DNA from: a virus
Direction: 5' to 3' (one strand)
IMG/VR virus record: IMGVR_UViG_3300045988_044506
Length of the DNA stretch: 41,511 nt
Shown here: in pieces, positions 17,090 through 26,919 of the stretch
How positions within the stretch are numbered: position 1 is the first letter of the stretch
How the letters are laid out: every line of letters starts with the position of its first letter
The notes under the pieces: model-generated
What the model was told of the DNA's origin: nothing
The model's database searches: none
Seen by the model: the letters and a program-made list of their open reading frames with translations, nothing else
Position numbers and translations under genes: made by a program

Positions 17090-19441
17090 GTGGCAGTTGA
17101 GTCTGCAAAAGACGACGCAGACAGCACAAAAACCGCTTTTGACAAGCTGTCCACGCAATCGGGAACGCTGCAAAGCGCCATTGATAAAATCAGCAATCCG
17201 ACGAAAATTGTTACTTCGCGATTCGGTGAACTGAAATCCCAATTAGAGCCTATCGCCCATCCGATTCAAACAATACAGGCTGGCGTGGAGTCCCTTAAAG
17301 GGAAGCTTGAGACAATCGTTCACCCTGTAAAGGCGTTTCAGGATAAGCTACAATCCCTAAAAGACAAGATGGCGCAACAAGCTGACGCTGCGGAATCGGC
17401 GAAAAACAAATTATCTTATTTGCAAAGCAGCTACGATAGCGCTAAGGGCAAGGTAGATTCCCTCACTCAGCAGTTCAACGCATCCATCAAAAGCACAGGA
17501 GCACTATCCGACGAGACAAAGGCTCTCGCTGAAAAATTGGCCGAAGCGGAAAAAGAGGCCGATCAAGCAAAAAGGTCGCTAAATTCTTGCGCTGAAGAAA
17601 TCAACAGCACCGGAAATGAAGCGGAACAGTCTGCCGAGAAAACTGAAAAACTGAATGACAAAATGTCTAAGATTGGCTCTGCGGTAAAAGGCGGTCTTTT
17701 AACTGCTGCAAAAGTCGGCGTTGCCGCAATTGGAGCTGCTGCAGCAGGTGTTTCGGCACTTGTTAAAGCATCAGTTGACTCCTATGCGGACTATGAGCAG
17801 CTTGTGGGTGGTGTGGAGACCCTGTTTAAAGATTCCGCTGGCGTGGTCGAGCAATATGCGGCAAATGCCTACTCGGCTGCTGGCTTGAGTGCAAACGAGT
17901 ACATGGACACGGTCACAAGCTTCAGCGCATCTCTGCTGCAGGGACTGGGTGGCGACACCGCCAAAGCAGCTGAAATAGCCAATCAGGCTGTCGTGGATAT
18001 GTCCGATAACGCAAACAAGATGGGTACTGACATGGCGTCAATCCAATATGCGTATCAGGGATTTGCAAAGCAAAACTACACCATGCTGGACAACCTGAAG
18101 CTTGGATATGGCGGAACTGCATCCGAAATGGCTCGTCTTATCAATGATTCCGGCGTACTAGGAGATAGCATAACGGTAACAGCAGACACCGTGAATGATG
18201 TGTCCTTCGACAAAATGATTGAAGCAATTCACGTCGTTCAGGACAATCTGGGGATTACTGGGACAACTGCGAAAGAGGCCGCTACAACGATTCAGGGGTC
18301 TGTAAGCGCCATGAAAGCGTCTTGGCAGAACCTTCTAACAGGTGTTGCGGATGATACGCAGGATTTTGACCTCCTTGTAACTAATTTTGTCGATAGTGTT
18401 GGTACTGTCGCCGACAATATACTACCTCGAATCGAGACGGCATTAAACGGTGTCGGGAAACTGGTCGAGAAGTTGGCTCCGATAATCACAGAGCGGTTGC
18501 CGGGTATAGTTGAATCTGTCCTTCCCGTGTTAATTTCTGCTGCAGAATCGTTACTGAATGGCGTAGTTGAGGCAATCCCCGGCTTGCTTAACGCGCTTAT
18601 TGCCGTTGCACCAATGGTACTGGAAACTATTGTAAATGCATTCGGTGAGTATGCGCCGATGCTCATTGACGCCGCATTGCAGCTAATTGTATCGCTGGGC
18701 GATTTTTTGGGCGATTCCTTGCCGGAGCTAATTCCGGCGATTGTTGACATCGTGCTCCAAATCGCTGAAACGTTAATCAACAACATCGACAAGCTGATTG
18801 ACCCGGCGCTCAAGATTATCGTAGCGCTGGCAGAGGGGCTGATTAATGCACTTCCGCGTCTGGTTGAAAAAGCCCCTACAATCATCACAAAGCTCATACA
18901 AGCGATTGTCCAGCAGTTGCCTAACGTCCTTAATACCGGCATCGAAGTGCTTGGCAGTCTGATTTCCGGCATCCTGAGTGCAATCCCAAGCCTGGTTGCA
19001 GCAATCCCTGGATTAATTAACTCTTTTGTGAGCGGGATAACAGGCTTGCTTGGAAGTGTTGTTAATGTTGGCGAAAAAATCGTTGACAGTATCAAGCAGG
19101 GTATCTCGAATGCATGGGAAGGCCTAAAAAGCTGGTTCTCTGGCATCTGGGACGGCCTTTTTGGCAACAAAAAAGTAAATGTGTCCGTCAACAAATCCGG
19201 AACAGCAGGTTCCCACGCTGGTGGCCTTGATTACGTCCCGTACAACGATTATGTGGCGAACTTGCACCGAGGCGAAATGGTTCTGACTGCGCCGGAGGCT
19301 GATGCATACCGCAAGAACGAACGCAAAAGCTCCGGCGGTGTGACGGTGGTGCAGAATATTTATTCCAAAGCCCAGACCGCCGCAGACCTGATGCGGGAGG
19401 CCAAATGGGAGCAGGAAAGGGCGGTGATGATGGGTGTATAA
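17090..19441 (+). CDS. Tail tape measure protein (783 aa)
   Basis: Long helical protein with a hydrophobic/Gly-rich central region. The start is uncertain: GTG at 17090, but the open frame from 17030 encodes DLYAKISLDD, a typical TMP N-terminus. Confidence 0.9.
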   Translation: MAVESAKDDADSTKTAFDKLSTQSGTLQSAIDKISNPTKIVTSRFGELKSQLEPIAHPIQTIQAGVESLKGKLETIVHPVKAFQDKLQSLKDKMAQQADAAESAKNKLSYLQSSYDSAKGKVDSLTQQFNASIKSTGALSDETKALAEKLAEAEKEADQAKRSLNSCAEEINSTGNEAEQSAEKTEKLNDKMSKIGSAVKGGLLTAAKVGVAAIGAAAAGVSALVKASVDSYADYEQLVGGVETLFKDSAGVVEQYAANAYSAAGLSANEYMDTVTSFSASLLQGLGGDTAKAAEIANQAVVDMSDNANKMGTDMASIQYAYQGFAKQNYTMLDNLKLGYGGTASEMARLINDSGVLGDSITVTADTVNDVSFDKMIEAIHVVQDNLGITGTTAKEAATTIQGSVSAMKASWQNLLTGVADDTQDFDLLVTNFVDSVGTVADNILPRIETALNGVGKLVEKLAPIITERLPGIVESVLPVLISAAESLLNGVVEAIPGLLNALIAVAPMVLETIVNAFGEYAPMLIDAALQLIVSLGDFLGDSLPELIPAIVDIVLQIAETLINNIDKLIDPALKIIVALAEGLINALPRLVEKAPTIITKLIQAIVQQLPNVLNTGIEVLGSLISGILSAIPSLVAAIPGLINSFVSGITGLLGSVVNVGEKIVDSIKQGISNAWEGLKSWFSGIWDGLFGNKKVNVSVNKSGTAGSHAGGLDYVPYNDYVANLHRGEMVLTAPEADAYRKNERKSSGGVTVVQNIYSKAQTAADLMREAKWEQERAVMMGV

Positions 19442-20273
19442 TTGCAGATTTGTGGCCGAGGACGGAAGAAATTTCCGCTTTGGTTATGAGTATGGCACGA
19501 TTTTTGACCTGTCGCCGCTATCCGAAATTGACGTTGATGTGAGCACATCGCAGGGCTTTCAGCAGGTCGGAACAACGGTCGAAGCTGAAACAGTTGGGGG
19601 TGTTAGCCGCACCATTTCCGGCAAGTTTCTGGACACCTCCAGAGACCTGCCTGAACGAATTCTGCGGACGTTCGTTCCCGGCACCCACGGAAAACTGTAT
19701 TTCGGTGACAATTATTATTGCGACTGCGTAGTGCAAAAGACTCCGGCCATTACGCTTGCGGCGGATAAGCGCAGCTTCTCCCTGATGCTTTACTGCGCCT
19801 ATCCGTATTGGATGCAGGATGTTGAGTCGGCTTACATTTTAGGCGGCTACACTGCTGCTTTTGCGTTTCCGGTCTGCTACGACTCCCACACCTTCGGTGT
19901 CAAATCCTCCGCCCTGTTCACCAACTGCCGCAACGACGGCATGGTTTCCGTGCCCTACGCCGTGCAGTTTCGCGCTGGCGCCCCGGTGACAAACTACGGC
20001 ATACTCAATGCGGCCACCGGTGAAAAGCTCTCCCTGACCGACTCGCTGGCTCTGGGCGACGTTGTGACCGTGTACCGGGACAATGGGCGGCTGAAGGTGG
20101 AGAAGGAGTCCGGCGGCGTCACCACGGACATCTTTTCCCGGCTGGATGAGGACAGCACACTTTTCTCGCTGGCGGTGGGCGACAACATCATCAAGATGAC
20201 AGCGGACAGCGGCGTGGACAACCTGACCGCCTATGTGACGCTCAACCCGGCCTTTGTGGGGGTGCTTGCATGA
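19434..20273 (+). CDS. Distal tail protein (Dit)
   Basis: Position after the TMP. 279 aa. Confidence 0.7.
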   Translation: MYNCRFVAEDGRNFRFGYEYGTIFDLSPLSEIDVDVSTSQGFQQVGTTVEAETVGGVSRTISGKFLDTSRDLPERILRTFVPGTHGKLYFGDNYYCDCVVQKTPAITLAADKRSFSLMLYCAYPYWMQDVESAYILGGYTAAFAFPVCYDSHTFGVKSSALFTNCRNDGMVSVPYAVQFRAGAPVTNYGILNAATGEKLSLTDSLALGDVVTVYRDNGRLKVEKESGGVTTDIFSRLDEDSTLFSLAVGDNIIKMTADSGVDNLTAYVTLNPAFVGVLA

Positions 20274-21253
20274 CGGTGTCTGTCTACAATCTCTGGCTGG
20301 AGCGCATCGGCGTGATCGAGACGTGGGTCTCACTGGTGTGGCAGGAGTGCTACAACACAGAGGGCAGCTTCCAGCTGGAGGTGCGCCAGCGCTCTGACCT
20401 GATCCCGCTTTTGCAGGAGGAGTATTACTGCGGCCTGACTGGCCATGATACGCTCATGGTCATTAAGTCCAGGCAGATCAAAGACGGTATGATCGTGGTC
20501 AACGGCTTCCCGGCCACCCACATCCTGCATGACCGGGTGTCTACGGATGTGGTGAGCAATGAGAATGCCGAAGCGGCTATGCGCCGCCTGTTTGCGGCAA
20601 TGGCCCCGTACCCATGCTTAGAGCTGGGCGAATCTGCTGGGCTGACCGCAAACTATGCCCCACAAATCAGCGACAGGAGCCTGAAGGAGTATTTTGAGAA
20701 CATCGCGCAGGAATGCGCCATCGGCTTCCGGCTCCGCCATGACAAAAAGGCACAAAAGCTGCTTTTTGAGGTCTACCAGCGCGGCGAAAATCCAAATGCG
20801 AAATACTCCACCGCCTATGGGAATATGGGCGATATCGCCCACTCTGTGACCACCAACGGCTATAAAAATGTGGCCGTTGTGGCCGGTGCCGGGGCGGGCG
20901 ACGCCCGGATCACCGTGCTGGCGGGCAACACCTCCGCCACCGGCGCAGACCGCCGGGAGATGTATGTGGACGCCCGGCAGGAGCAGCCCGAGGACGGGGA
21001 GAGCGATGCCGCTTACAAAGCCCGGCTCGTCGCGCTGGGGGAGCAGAAGCTGGTGGAGCAGATCAAGGTGGAGAATATCACCTTTACGCTGGACGACGAC
21101 CGCGCCCGGCTGGGCGACATCGTATTTTGTTACATCCCCGAGATCGGCGTCAACGTCAAGGCGCGGGTCATCGGCATGACTGAGACCAGTCAGGACAACG
21201 TGACCACCCGGGAGGCCGCCATCGGCACCCCGGTGGTCGTCAGGAGGTATTGA
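20270..21253 (+). CDS. Tail-associated / baseplate hub protein (Tal N-terminal domain-like)
   Basis: Position. 327 aa. Confidence 0.55.
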   Translation: MTVSVYNLWLERIGVIETWVSLVWQECYNTEGSFQLEVRQRSDLIPLLQEEYYCGLTGHDTLMVIKSRQIKDGMIVVNGFPATHILHDRVSTDVVSNENAEAAMRRLFAAMAPYPCLELGESAGLTANYAPQISDRSLKEYFENIAQECAIGFRLRHDKKAQKLLFEVYQRGENPNAKYSTAYGNMGDIAHSVTTNGYKNVAVVAGAGAGDARITVLAGNTSATGADRREMYVDARQEQPEDGESDAAYKARLVALGEQKLVEQIKVENITFTLDDDRARLGDIVFCYIPEIGVNVKARVIGMTETSQDNVTTREAAIGTPVVVRRY

Positions 21254-22251
21254 TGGCAATCGTGACATATCCCCTCAACGGGATTACCTACAACGCGGAA
21301 GACGCGGAAACCTATCTGAGCACCCGCATCAGCGGAATTTATGCGGCAGATGACTGCTTTGACCTGAGCATCACCGCCGACCGGACCGTGACCATCGGCC
21401 CCGGCCTTGCGTGGGTGCGCAACACCAGATTTGCAGGCAAAAGCATCTGCAACCGGGAGGTGCTGGCGCTGGCCATCCCGATGGCGGACAGCTCCAAGCC
21501 CCGCACGGACCGCATCGTGCTCCGCTACGACAAGGCGGAAAACAAATCCGAGCTGGCAGTCAAGACCGGCACGCCCGGCTCCGCCGCCGCTGCGCCGGAT
21601 GTGGTGCAGACCGAACTCGTCTATGAGTTGGGCCTGTATACTGTTTCGGTCGCAGCAGGCAGCACCGTCATCAAGGCGGCGGATGTCACCGACACCCGGC
21701 TCAACGAGCAGGTGTGCGGCCTGATGCGGGACGGGGTGACCGGTGTACCTACGCAAAGCATCTATAATGCAGCGCAGGAATTTTTGGAGTCCCTCGAAAA
21801 GGAACTGAATGGCGTTAAGGACAGGAGTGGACTGCTCACCACATCGGGCGGAACGATTGCGGGTTCGCTTGCCGTGACGGGAAAGCTGTCTGTCGGCGGA
21901 AACGCTATTGCCGACTATGTGGCGGAATCCGGGACGAGTGATGGATGGGAGTATATCAAATACACTTCCGGCCTTGCCATGATGTGGCGCAACGTGACAG
22001 TGGAATATTCCGCCGCATCCGTGCTGGAAAAATGGGTGAGCTATCCGTTTGCCCTGCAAGCGGGTGTAGTAACCTTCGGAACTTTGGAGAGTGTCGGAGA
22101 CAATGTTGGTGCTGCGCTTGGCTGGAATGTGAAGGTTGTCCCGCAGAGCGATAACCAGAGCGCCCGCGTCTTTGTGCATAACCCATCCGGCAGTTTCGGC
22201 GGCGCAGATGCGCTTACCGTGTCGGTGCTGGTGCTGGGAAGGTGGAAGTAA
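21250..22251 (+). CDS. Tail fiber / receptor-binding protein candidate
   Basis: Position. High GC. The antisense ORF 21190..22404 is judged to be a shadow. Confidence 0.55.
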   Translation: MMAIVTYPLNGITYNAEDAETYLSTRISGIYAADDCFDLSITADRTVTIGPGLAWVRNTRFAGKSICNREVLALAIPMADSSKPRTDRIVLRYDKAENKSELAVKTGTPGSAAAAPDVVQTELVYELGLYTVSVAAGSTVIKAADVTDTRLNEQVCGLMRDGVTGVPTQSIYNAAQEFLESLEKELNGVKDRSGLLTTSGGTIAGSLAVTGKLSVGGNAIADYVAESGTSDGWEYIKYTSGLAMMWRNVTVEYSAASVLEKWVSYPFALQAGVVTFGTLESVGDNVGAALGWNVKVVPQSDNQSARVFVHNPSGSFGGADALTVSVLVLGRWK

Positions 22252-22261
22252 AGGAGAAATG

Positions 22262-22588
22262 ATGGAATGGATAAAAAGGTATTGGATTGAAGCCGTGTTC
22301 GGCGCTGTGATCGCTGCCCTTGGCGGAGCGTACCGCAAGATTGCCAAAAGGCTGAAAGCCCGGCAGGCTGAAGATGAGGCGCTCAAGGACGGCCTGCTTG
22401 CCATCCTGCACGACAGGCTCTACACGGAGTGCAGCAGACACATTGATGCGGGACAAATCGACCTGACAGCAATGAAAAACATCGAATACATCTACAAGGC
22501 GTATCATGCGCTCGGCGGAAACGGAACCGGCACGGAGTTGTATAAGCGGGTGAAGGCGCTCGACCTTGAGAAGGAGGAACATAAATGA
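22262..22588 (+). CDS. Membrane protein with an N-terminal TM helix, possibly a holin partner
   Basis: AAGGAG RBS. Hydrophobic segment WIEAVFGAVIAALGG. Directly upstream of the holin. Confidence 0.45.
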   Translation: MEWIKRYWIEAVFGAVIAALGGAYRKIAKRLKARQAEDEALKDGLLAILHDRLYTECSRHIDAGQIDLTAMKNIEYIYKAYHALGGNGTGTELYKRVKALDLEKEEHK

Positions 22589-22785
22589 AAGAGAACTGGA
22601 AAACGTGGTTTAAGGCAGCGGGCATCCGCGCCATCAAAACCATCGCCCAGACCGCCGTGGCCACCATCGGCACCAGCGCGGTGCTGGGAGATGTAAACTG
22701 GGTGGCCGTGGTCAGCGCGTCGGTGCTGGCGGGCGTGCTCAGCCTGCTGACCAGCGTGGCTGGCCTGCCGGAGGTGGAGGTGTAA
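22585..22785 (+). CDS. Holin (LL-H / phi-LC3-like small holin)
   Basis: 66 aa. Motif RAIKTIAQTAVA plus a second hydrophobic helix. AAGGAGG RBS. Confidence 0.7.
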   Translation: MKENWKTWFKAAGIRAIKTIAQTAVATIGTSAVLGDVNWVAVVSASVLAGVLSLLTSVAGLPEVEV

Positions 22786-22788
22786 GAC

Positions 22789-24831
22789 ATGCCGGACAAG
22801 ATCGTCCACACAATACACTTGGATCGGTACGCGCCTATGCCCGCCCAGATCCAGCTTGGTACAGTCGAGAGCTATGGCGTTGAGCAGATTGCCGTTGTCG
22901 CCGGTGCCGGTTGGGACGGGCTTGACATTGTAGCGGTGTATCATCCGCCCAAAGCGGCGGAGCCGGTGCGTGTGCTCGTGCCGTCAGACGGCCTGTCTGA
23001 TGTGCCCCCGGAGGCGACTGCGTCTGCTGGCCGTGGTGCGCTTGTGATCGCAGGTATGGCGGACGGTGTGCAGATTGCATCCTGCAATATCGCCTATACG
23101 GTGATTGCGCAGGCTGGCACAGACGGCACAACCAGCGACGCGCCAACGCCTGATCTGGTGCAGCAGATCTTGTCTGCCGCGAATGGTGCAGTCAAGACCG
23201 CCGATGGAGTCCGGGCGGACATGGACAAGGTGCTGGAGGCGGAGTCCGGACGGAAAACCGCCGAAGCCGACCGGGCGGCAGCGGAGTCTGAGCGCGTCAC
23301 GGCTGAGACGGCCAGAGCGGAGGCAGAGGCTGACCGCGCCGCCGCTGAAAAGGAGAGGCAAACCGCAGAAAGCGCCCGTATTGCCGCCGAGAATGACCGT
23401 CAGAGCGCGGAGACGGCCCGGGCAAAAGTGGAAACAGCCCGCGAAAGTGCTGAAACTGACCGGGCAACCGCAGAATCCGCCCGCGTTGAGGCGGAAGCGG
23501 AGCGCGCCGATGACGAAAGGTTACGAAAAGATCACGAAACCCAGCGCGTTACCGATGAGAACGCCCGTCAGACTGCCGAGTCCAAGCGGCAAGAGGCCGA
23601 AACAGCCAGAGCTGACGCAGAATCCAAACGCGCTGACGCAGAGCAGTCCCGTGTCAAGGCTGAAACTGATCGTGTGACCTCTGAGACGGCCAGAAAAGAC
23701 GCTGAATCCGAGCGTGCCAGCGCCGAGCAGGAGCGGCAGACGGCAGAGGAGGGGCGTGTAGAAGCCGAATCCTCCCGAGTGAAAGCAGAAGCGGAGCGCG
23801 AAAAGCAGCTGCCTGCGCTTTCTCACTCCGTGGACGAACTGCGCGCCAGACAGAATATCCTTGTCGGCAGTGAGACCGGCAATCCGGTCGCCGTTGACGA
23901 TGCTTTTGCCGCCCCCCTGTGCGGCCTGACCATATACGGCAAGAGCACGCAGGACGGGACGCCGACACCAGATGCGCCTGTACCTATCGTGAGCGCTGGT
24001 GACGGGGGGAGCGTGGCGGTGAAGGTGACGGGGAGGAATCTGGTTTACACGCATGAGTATCAATCTTTTTTCATCAACACAAACGGGTCGCTGGTTGGTT
24101 TAGCCGATGGGAATACATCAATCGTCTTGCAAGTACCCACAGAAGCTGAATACTACGTCACACGGAAGGCTGTCGGAACCAAGTTTAGAGTTGCGGTTGT
24201 CGATAAACTACCTCAATATGGTCATCCTGTTGCCCCGTCCAACAGTGTTTGCAAGGACTCAGCGCGGCAGATAAAAATTTTGACAACGGCCAAATATATG
24301 ATTATACAATGCGAGGCCGAATCTGCTTTTGACGAGTTAATGGTATCATTAGATTTGTCAACCACCTACTCCCCCTACCGCGAACAGATCCTCACACTTT
24401 CCACTCCCAACGGCTTACCCGGCATCCCTGTCACCTCTGGCGGCAACTACACTGACCAAAACGGCCAGCAGTGGGTGTGCGACGAGGTGGATTTGGCAGG
24501 AGAGGTTATGGTGCAGAGGATTGATAAGGCGGCTCTCGACGACACAAAACCGCTTGCCGAACAAAATGCGACGCTCTCAACCCCCATCGAAACACCACTC
24601 ACCGCTGATGAGATCGCCGCATACAAAGCCCTCACCGCTTACGGCCCTGACACTGTGGTGCAGGCCAGCGACGGCGCTGGCATCAAGCTGGACTACCAGC
24701 GGGACGTAAATCTCGTCGTCAAAAATCTTGAGGACGACATTGCAGAGATCGAGGCGTTGGCACAGGCATATTACGACGCGCTGGACGCCGCATCCGCATC
24801 CGCGCCAGCAAAAGAGGAGGAATCCAAATGA
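22789..24831 (+). CDS. Tail fiber protein with a central Ala/Glu/Arg-rich coiled-coil repeat and a C-terminal globular domain
   Basis: 680 aa. About 16 imperfect 11-residue repeats (TAESARxEAEAxR). Confidence 0.65.
   Translation: MPDKIVHTIHLDRYAPMPAQIQLGTVESYGVEQIAVVAGAGWDGLDIVAVYHPPKAAEPVRVLVPSDGLSDVPPEATASAGRGALVIAGMADGVQIASCNIAYTVIAQAGTDGTTSDAPTPDLVQQILSAANGAVKTADGVRADMDKVLEAESGRKTAEADRAAAESERVTAETARAEAEADRAAAEKERQTAESARIAAENDRQSAETARAKVETARESAETDRATAESARVEAEAERADDERLRKDHETQRVTDENARQTAESKRQEAETARADAESKRADAEQSRVKAETDRVTSETARKDAESERASAEQERQTAEEGRVEAESSRVKAEAEREKQLPALSHSVDELRARQNILVGSETGNPVAVDDAFAAPLCGLTIYGKSTQDGTPTPDAPVPIVSAGDGGSVAVKVTGRNLVYTHEYQSFFINTNGSLVGLADGNTSIVLQVPTEAEYYVTRKAVGTKFRVAVVDKLPQYGHPVAPSNSVCKDSARQIKILTTAKYMIIQCEAESAFDELMVSLDLSTTYSPYREQILTLSTPNGLPGIPVTSGGNYTDQNGQQWVCDEVDLAGEVMVQRIDKAALDDTKPLAEQNATLSTPIETPLTADEIAAYKALTAYGPDTVVQASDGAGIKLDYQRDVNLVVKNLEDDIAEIEALAQAYYDALDAASASAPAKEEESK
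23240..23800 (+). repeat. Imperfect 33-bp tandem repeats encoding the coiled-coil segment
   Basis: Read directly from the protein periodicity. Confidence 0.6.
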
Positions 24832-25043
24832 AAAAGATCAAGTATCTCATCGTCACCGCCGCCCTTGCGGCCTGTCTGATCGGCACTGCGTCTGCCGTCA
24901 CGCCCACCATCAAGCCGCCCAAGCTGCCGACGCTGCCGAAAATCAGCGTGACGGTGCCGACCATCAAATTCCCGGACGGGTATTTCGCCGGTATCGTCGG
25001 CAATGTGAAAATTCCGGTGGACAAGCTGCCCAAACTCAAGTAA
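24828..25043 (+). CDS. Small putative lipoprotein with a Pro/Lys-rich mature part
   Basis: Signal peptide with an LAAC lipobox. AGGAGG RBS. Confidence 0.55.
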   Translation: MKKIKYLIVTAALAACLIGTASAVTPTIKPPKLPTLPKISVTVPTIKFPDGYFAGIVGNVKIPVDKLPKLK

Positions 25044-25055
25044 GGAGGAGATTAC

Positions 25056-25955
25056 ATGAGCGTAACCATTGGCCACGCATCTATTGACGAGCGCGGCAAG
25101 GCTTCCGGCGGCAGAGCCGGTGACCAGACCGGGGGCGAAGTCTGCACCCGCAGCTGGTACAACAAAGGCTGGAAATACTGCCTGCGACCCAAGTCTGCCA
25201 GTGTGGCGGAGCGCATGGCGAAAGCCTGCGAACAGGGCTGTGCAAACAACAAAATCGGTTATGACCAGAGCCAGCGCAACGCCCTGCATTACTACGCAAA
25301 GCGGTGCGGCTATAATCTGGCCATTATCAACACCAAATGCGAGACGGACTGCTCTGCATTTATGACGGTTTGTGCCCTCGCTGGCGGTGTCTCCGCACTG
25401 GAGTACAACGGCAATGCACCCACCACCAGAACGATGGTGGACAAGTTCCGTGCGACAGGTGCGTTTACCGTGCTGACGGACGACAAATACCTGACCGGCG
25501 ACGCCTATCTCAAGCGAGGTGACATTCTCGTTAAGCCGGGTAGTCACACCGTCATGGTGCTTTCCAACGGCTCCAAAGCAAGTGCGACGCCTACGCCTTC
25601 CGCTGCTCCTACGCCCGGCAAGCTGACCGTAGACGGACAAATCGGGAAAGGCACCATCAAGGCGTTTCAGCAGCTTCTGGGCACTGCGGCTGACGGCTAC
25701 ATTTCCGGCCAGTCCGCATCTTGCAAAAAGTATTGGCCTGCGATTTGCAATTCCGCTTGCGGCTGGACTGGCGGCAAGTCTCAGTTTGTGGCCGCAATGC
25801 AGTCCGCCGTCGGCACGTCTGCTGATGGTCTGCTGGGCAGGGGTACCGCAAAGGCGTTGCAGTCCTTCCTGTGCGGCGAGGGGTTCCCATGCTCTGTTGA
25901 CGGCGTATTTGGCGCAGAGTCCGCAAAAGCGCTTCAGCGCTGGCTTAACGCATGA
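25056..25955 (+). CDS. Endolysin: NlpC/P60-like cysteine peptidase domain plus two C-terminal peptidoglycan-binding repeats
   Basis: Motifs DCSAF (Cys) and GSHTVMV (His) about 50 aa apart. PG_binding-like repeats DGxxGxGTxKAxQ. AAGGAGG RBS. Confidence 0.8.
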   Translation: MSVTIGHASIDERGKASGGRAGDQTGGEVCTRSWYNKGWKYCLRPKSASVAERMAKACEQGCANNKIGYDQSQRNALHYYAKRCGYNLAIINTKCETDCSAFMTVCALAGGVSALEYNGNAPTTRTMVDKFRATGAFTVLTDDKYLTGDAYLKRGDILVKPGSHTVMVLSNGSKASATPTPSAAPTPGKLTVDGQIGKGTIKAFQQLLGTAADGYISGQSASCKKYWPAICNSACGWTGGKSQFVAAMQSAVGTSADGLLGRGTAKALQSFLCGEGFPCSVDGVFGAESAKALQRWLNA

Positions 25956-26254
25956 CCGACGCTGTTCTTGCCGAAACCCGGCTTAAAATCATCCGCATCC
26001 TGCTGGACGCGCTGAACGAACTTGACCCTAATCCGGCGGACGTAAAGCGTCGCCTGAAACGGATTGCACGGTCTTATGACCTCGCAGAGCTGATTGAGTC
26101 CGCGAACCTGGATGACGTCACAAAGGACATCTTGCACAGGCGCTTTTGCAAACATCAGGATTATGCCACGATTGCCGATTGGGTCGGCTATTCTGAGCGC
26201 ACGATCCGGGCAAAAGTTGACGATGCAATGCCTATCTTAACCAATTTAATTTAG
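25952..26254 (+). CDS. Sigma-70 region-4-like HTH protein
   Basis: HTH-like segment ILHRRFCKHQDYATIADWVGYSERTIRAKV. Confidence 0.5.
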   Translation: MTDAVLAETRLKIIRILLDALNELDPNPADVKRRLKRIARSYDLAELIESANLDDVTKDILHRRFCKHQDYATIADWVGYSERTIRAKVDDAMPILTNLI

Positions 26255-26266
26255 TTTCCTCCTTTT

Positions 26267-26303
26267 GGGCGGTGAGCTTCGGCTTGCCGCCCTTTATTTT
26301 TTT
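26267..26303 (+). terminator. Rho-independent terminator (GGGCGG...CCGCCC followed by a T-run)
   Basis: Read directly. Confidence 0.55.
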
Positions 26304-26353
26304 GCCAATATTGGCAAATTATACTTTACAATGTGCCAATATTGGCTTATAAT
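26301..26353 (+). promoter_or_regulatory. Operator-controlled sigma-A promoter: TTTACA-17-TATAAT with two palindromic operators sharing the core GCCAATATTGGC
   Basis: Perfect 18-bp palindrome TTTGCCAATATTGGCAAA at 26301..26318, just upstream of the -35 (26325..26330). Palindrome GCCAATATTGGC at 26335..26346 lies in the spacer; -10 at 26348..26353. Palindrome centres are 31 bp apart. Confidence 0.7.
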
Positions 26354-26383
26354 ATAGATAACAAAACAAAGGAGGCCACGATT

Positions 26384-26899
26384 ATGCCCACACAGATTTG
26401 CAATTATATCAACGATGCCCCCGCGCCGGACATAGGAATTAGCTATGTCCCCGAAGATGTGGCTGCGCTCGGACTGATCGGCACGGAAAAGCAAATTGCT
26501 TATGCGAGAGACTTGATCTCCAATTATTACCGTGTAATCGAGTTTACGGCCTACAACATCTATTCCCACCGCGACGGCAAGGTTTTGAAGCGGGTCAAGA
26601 AAGATGGAACCACCCTGATTTCCCGGAATACTAAGGATTATACCGAATCCGACCTGCTCGAGCTGCGAAAGTATATCACCCATCAGATCATTAACAATGA
26701 AAAGTTGCATGATGCATCCATCATCATCGACAAATTCCGCCGTATGTGCGAAGATTCCGCACGCAGAGAGGCAAGAGACATCCACCTAGCTGGGGCGGTG
26801 TTCAGCGCCAAACACGGCTGCATGGTCAACTCGGAAACGTCCGAGCCTGTGTCTCTCATCGGGCGGAACGTCGGTCAGATTTCCACAAAATTCGATTGA
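26384..26899 (+). CDS. Hypothetical 171-aa protein, first gene of the operator-controlled cassette. Candidate anti-defence or lysogenic-conversion effector.
   Basis: AAAGGAGG RBS 7 nt before the ATG. No recognisable motifs. Confidence 0.6.
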   Translation: MPTQICNYINDAPAPDIGISYVPEDVAALGLIGTEKQIAYARDLISNYYRVIEFTAYNIYSHRDGKVLKRVKKDGTTLISRNTKDYTESDLLELRKYITHQIINNEKLHDASIIIDKFRRMCEDSARREARDIHLAGAVFSAKHGCMVNSETSEPVSLIGRNVGQISTKFD

Positions 26900-26919
26900 T
26901 GCGGAAGTGAGGGGCAAAA

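Noticed and set aside
21190-22404. 404-aa minus-strand ORF
   Set aside because: Antisense to the receptor-binding protein gene in a region of over 65% GC. No RBS and no sensible sequence.
22789-24831. Diversity-generating retroelement targeting the fibre gene
   Set aside because: No reverse transcriptase and no template repeat anywhere in the genome.
24771-25640. 289-aa minus-strand ORF
   Set aside because: Antisense to the lipoprotein and endolysin genes, which have strong RBSs and recognisable domains.
26294-26785. 163-aa minus-strand ORF
   Set aside because: The plus-strand gene has a strong RBS, a precisely spaced promoter and operators.
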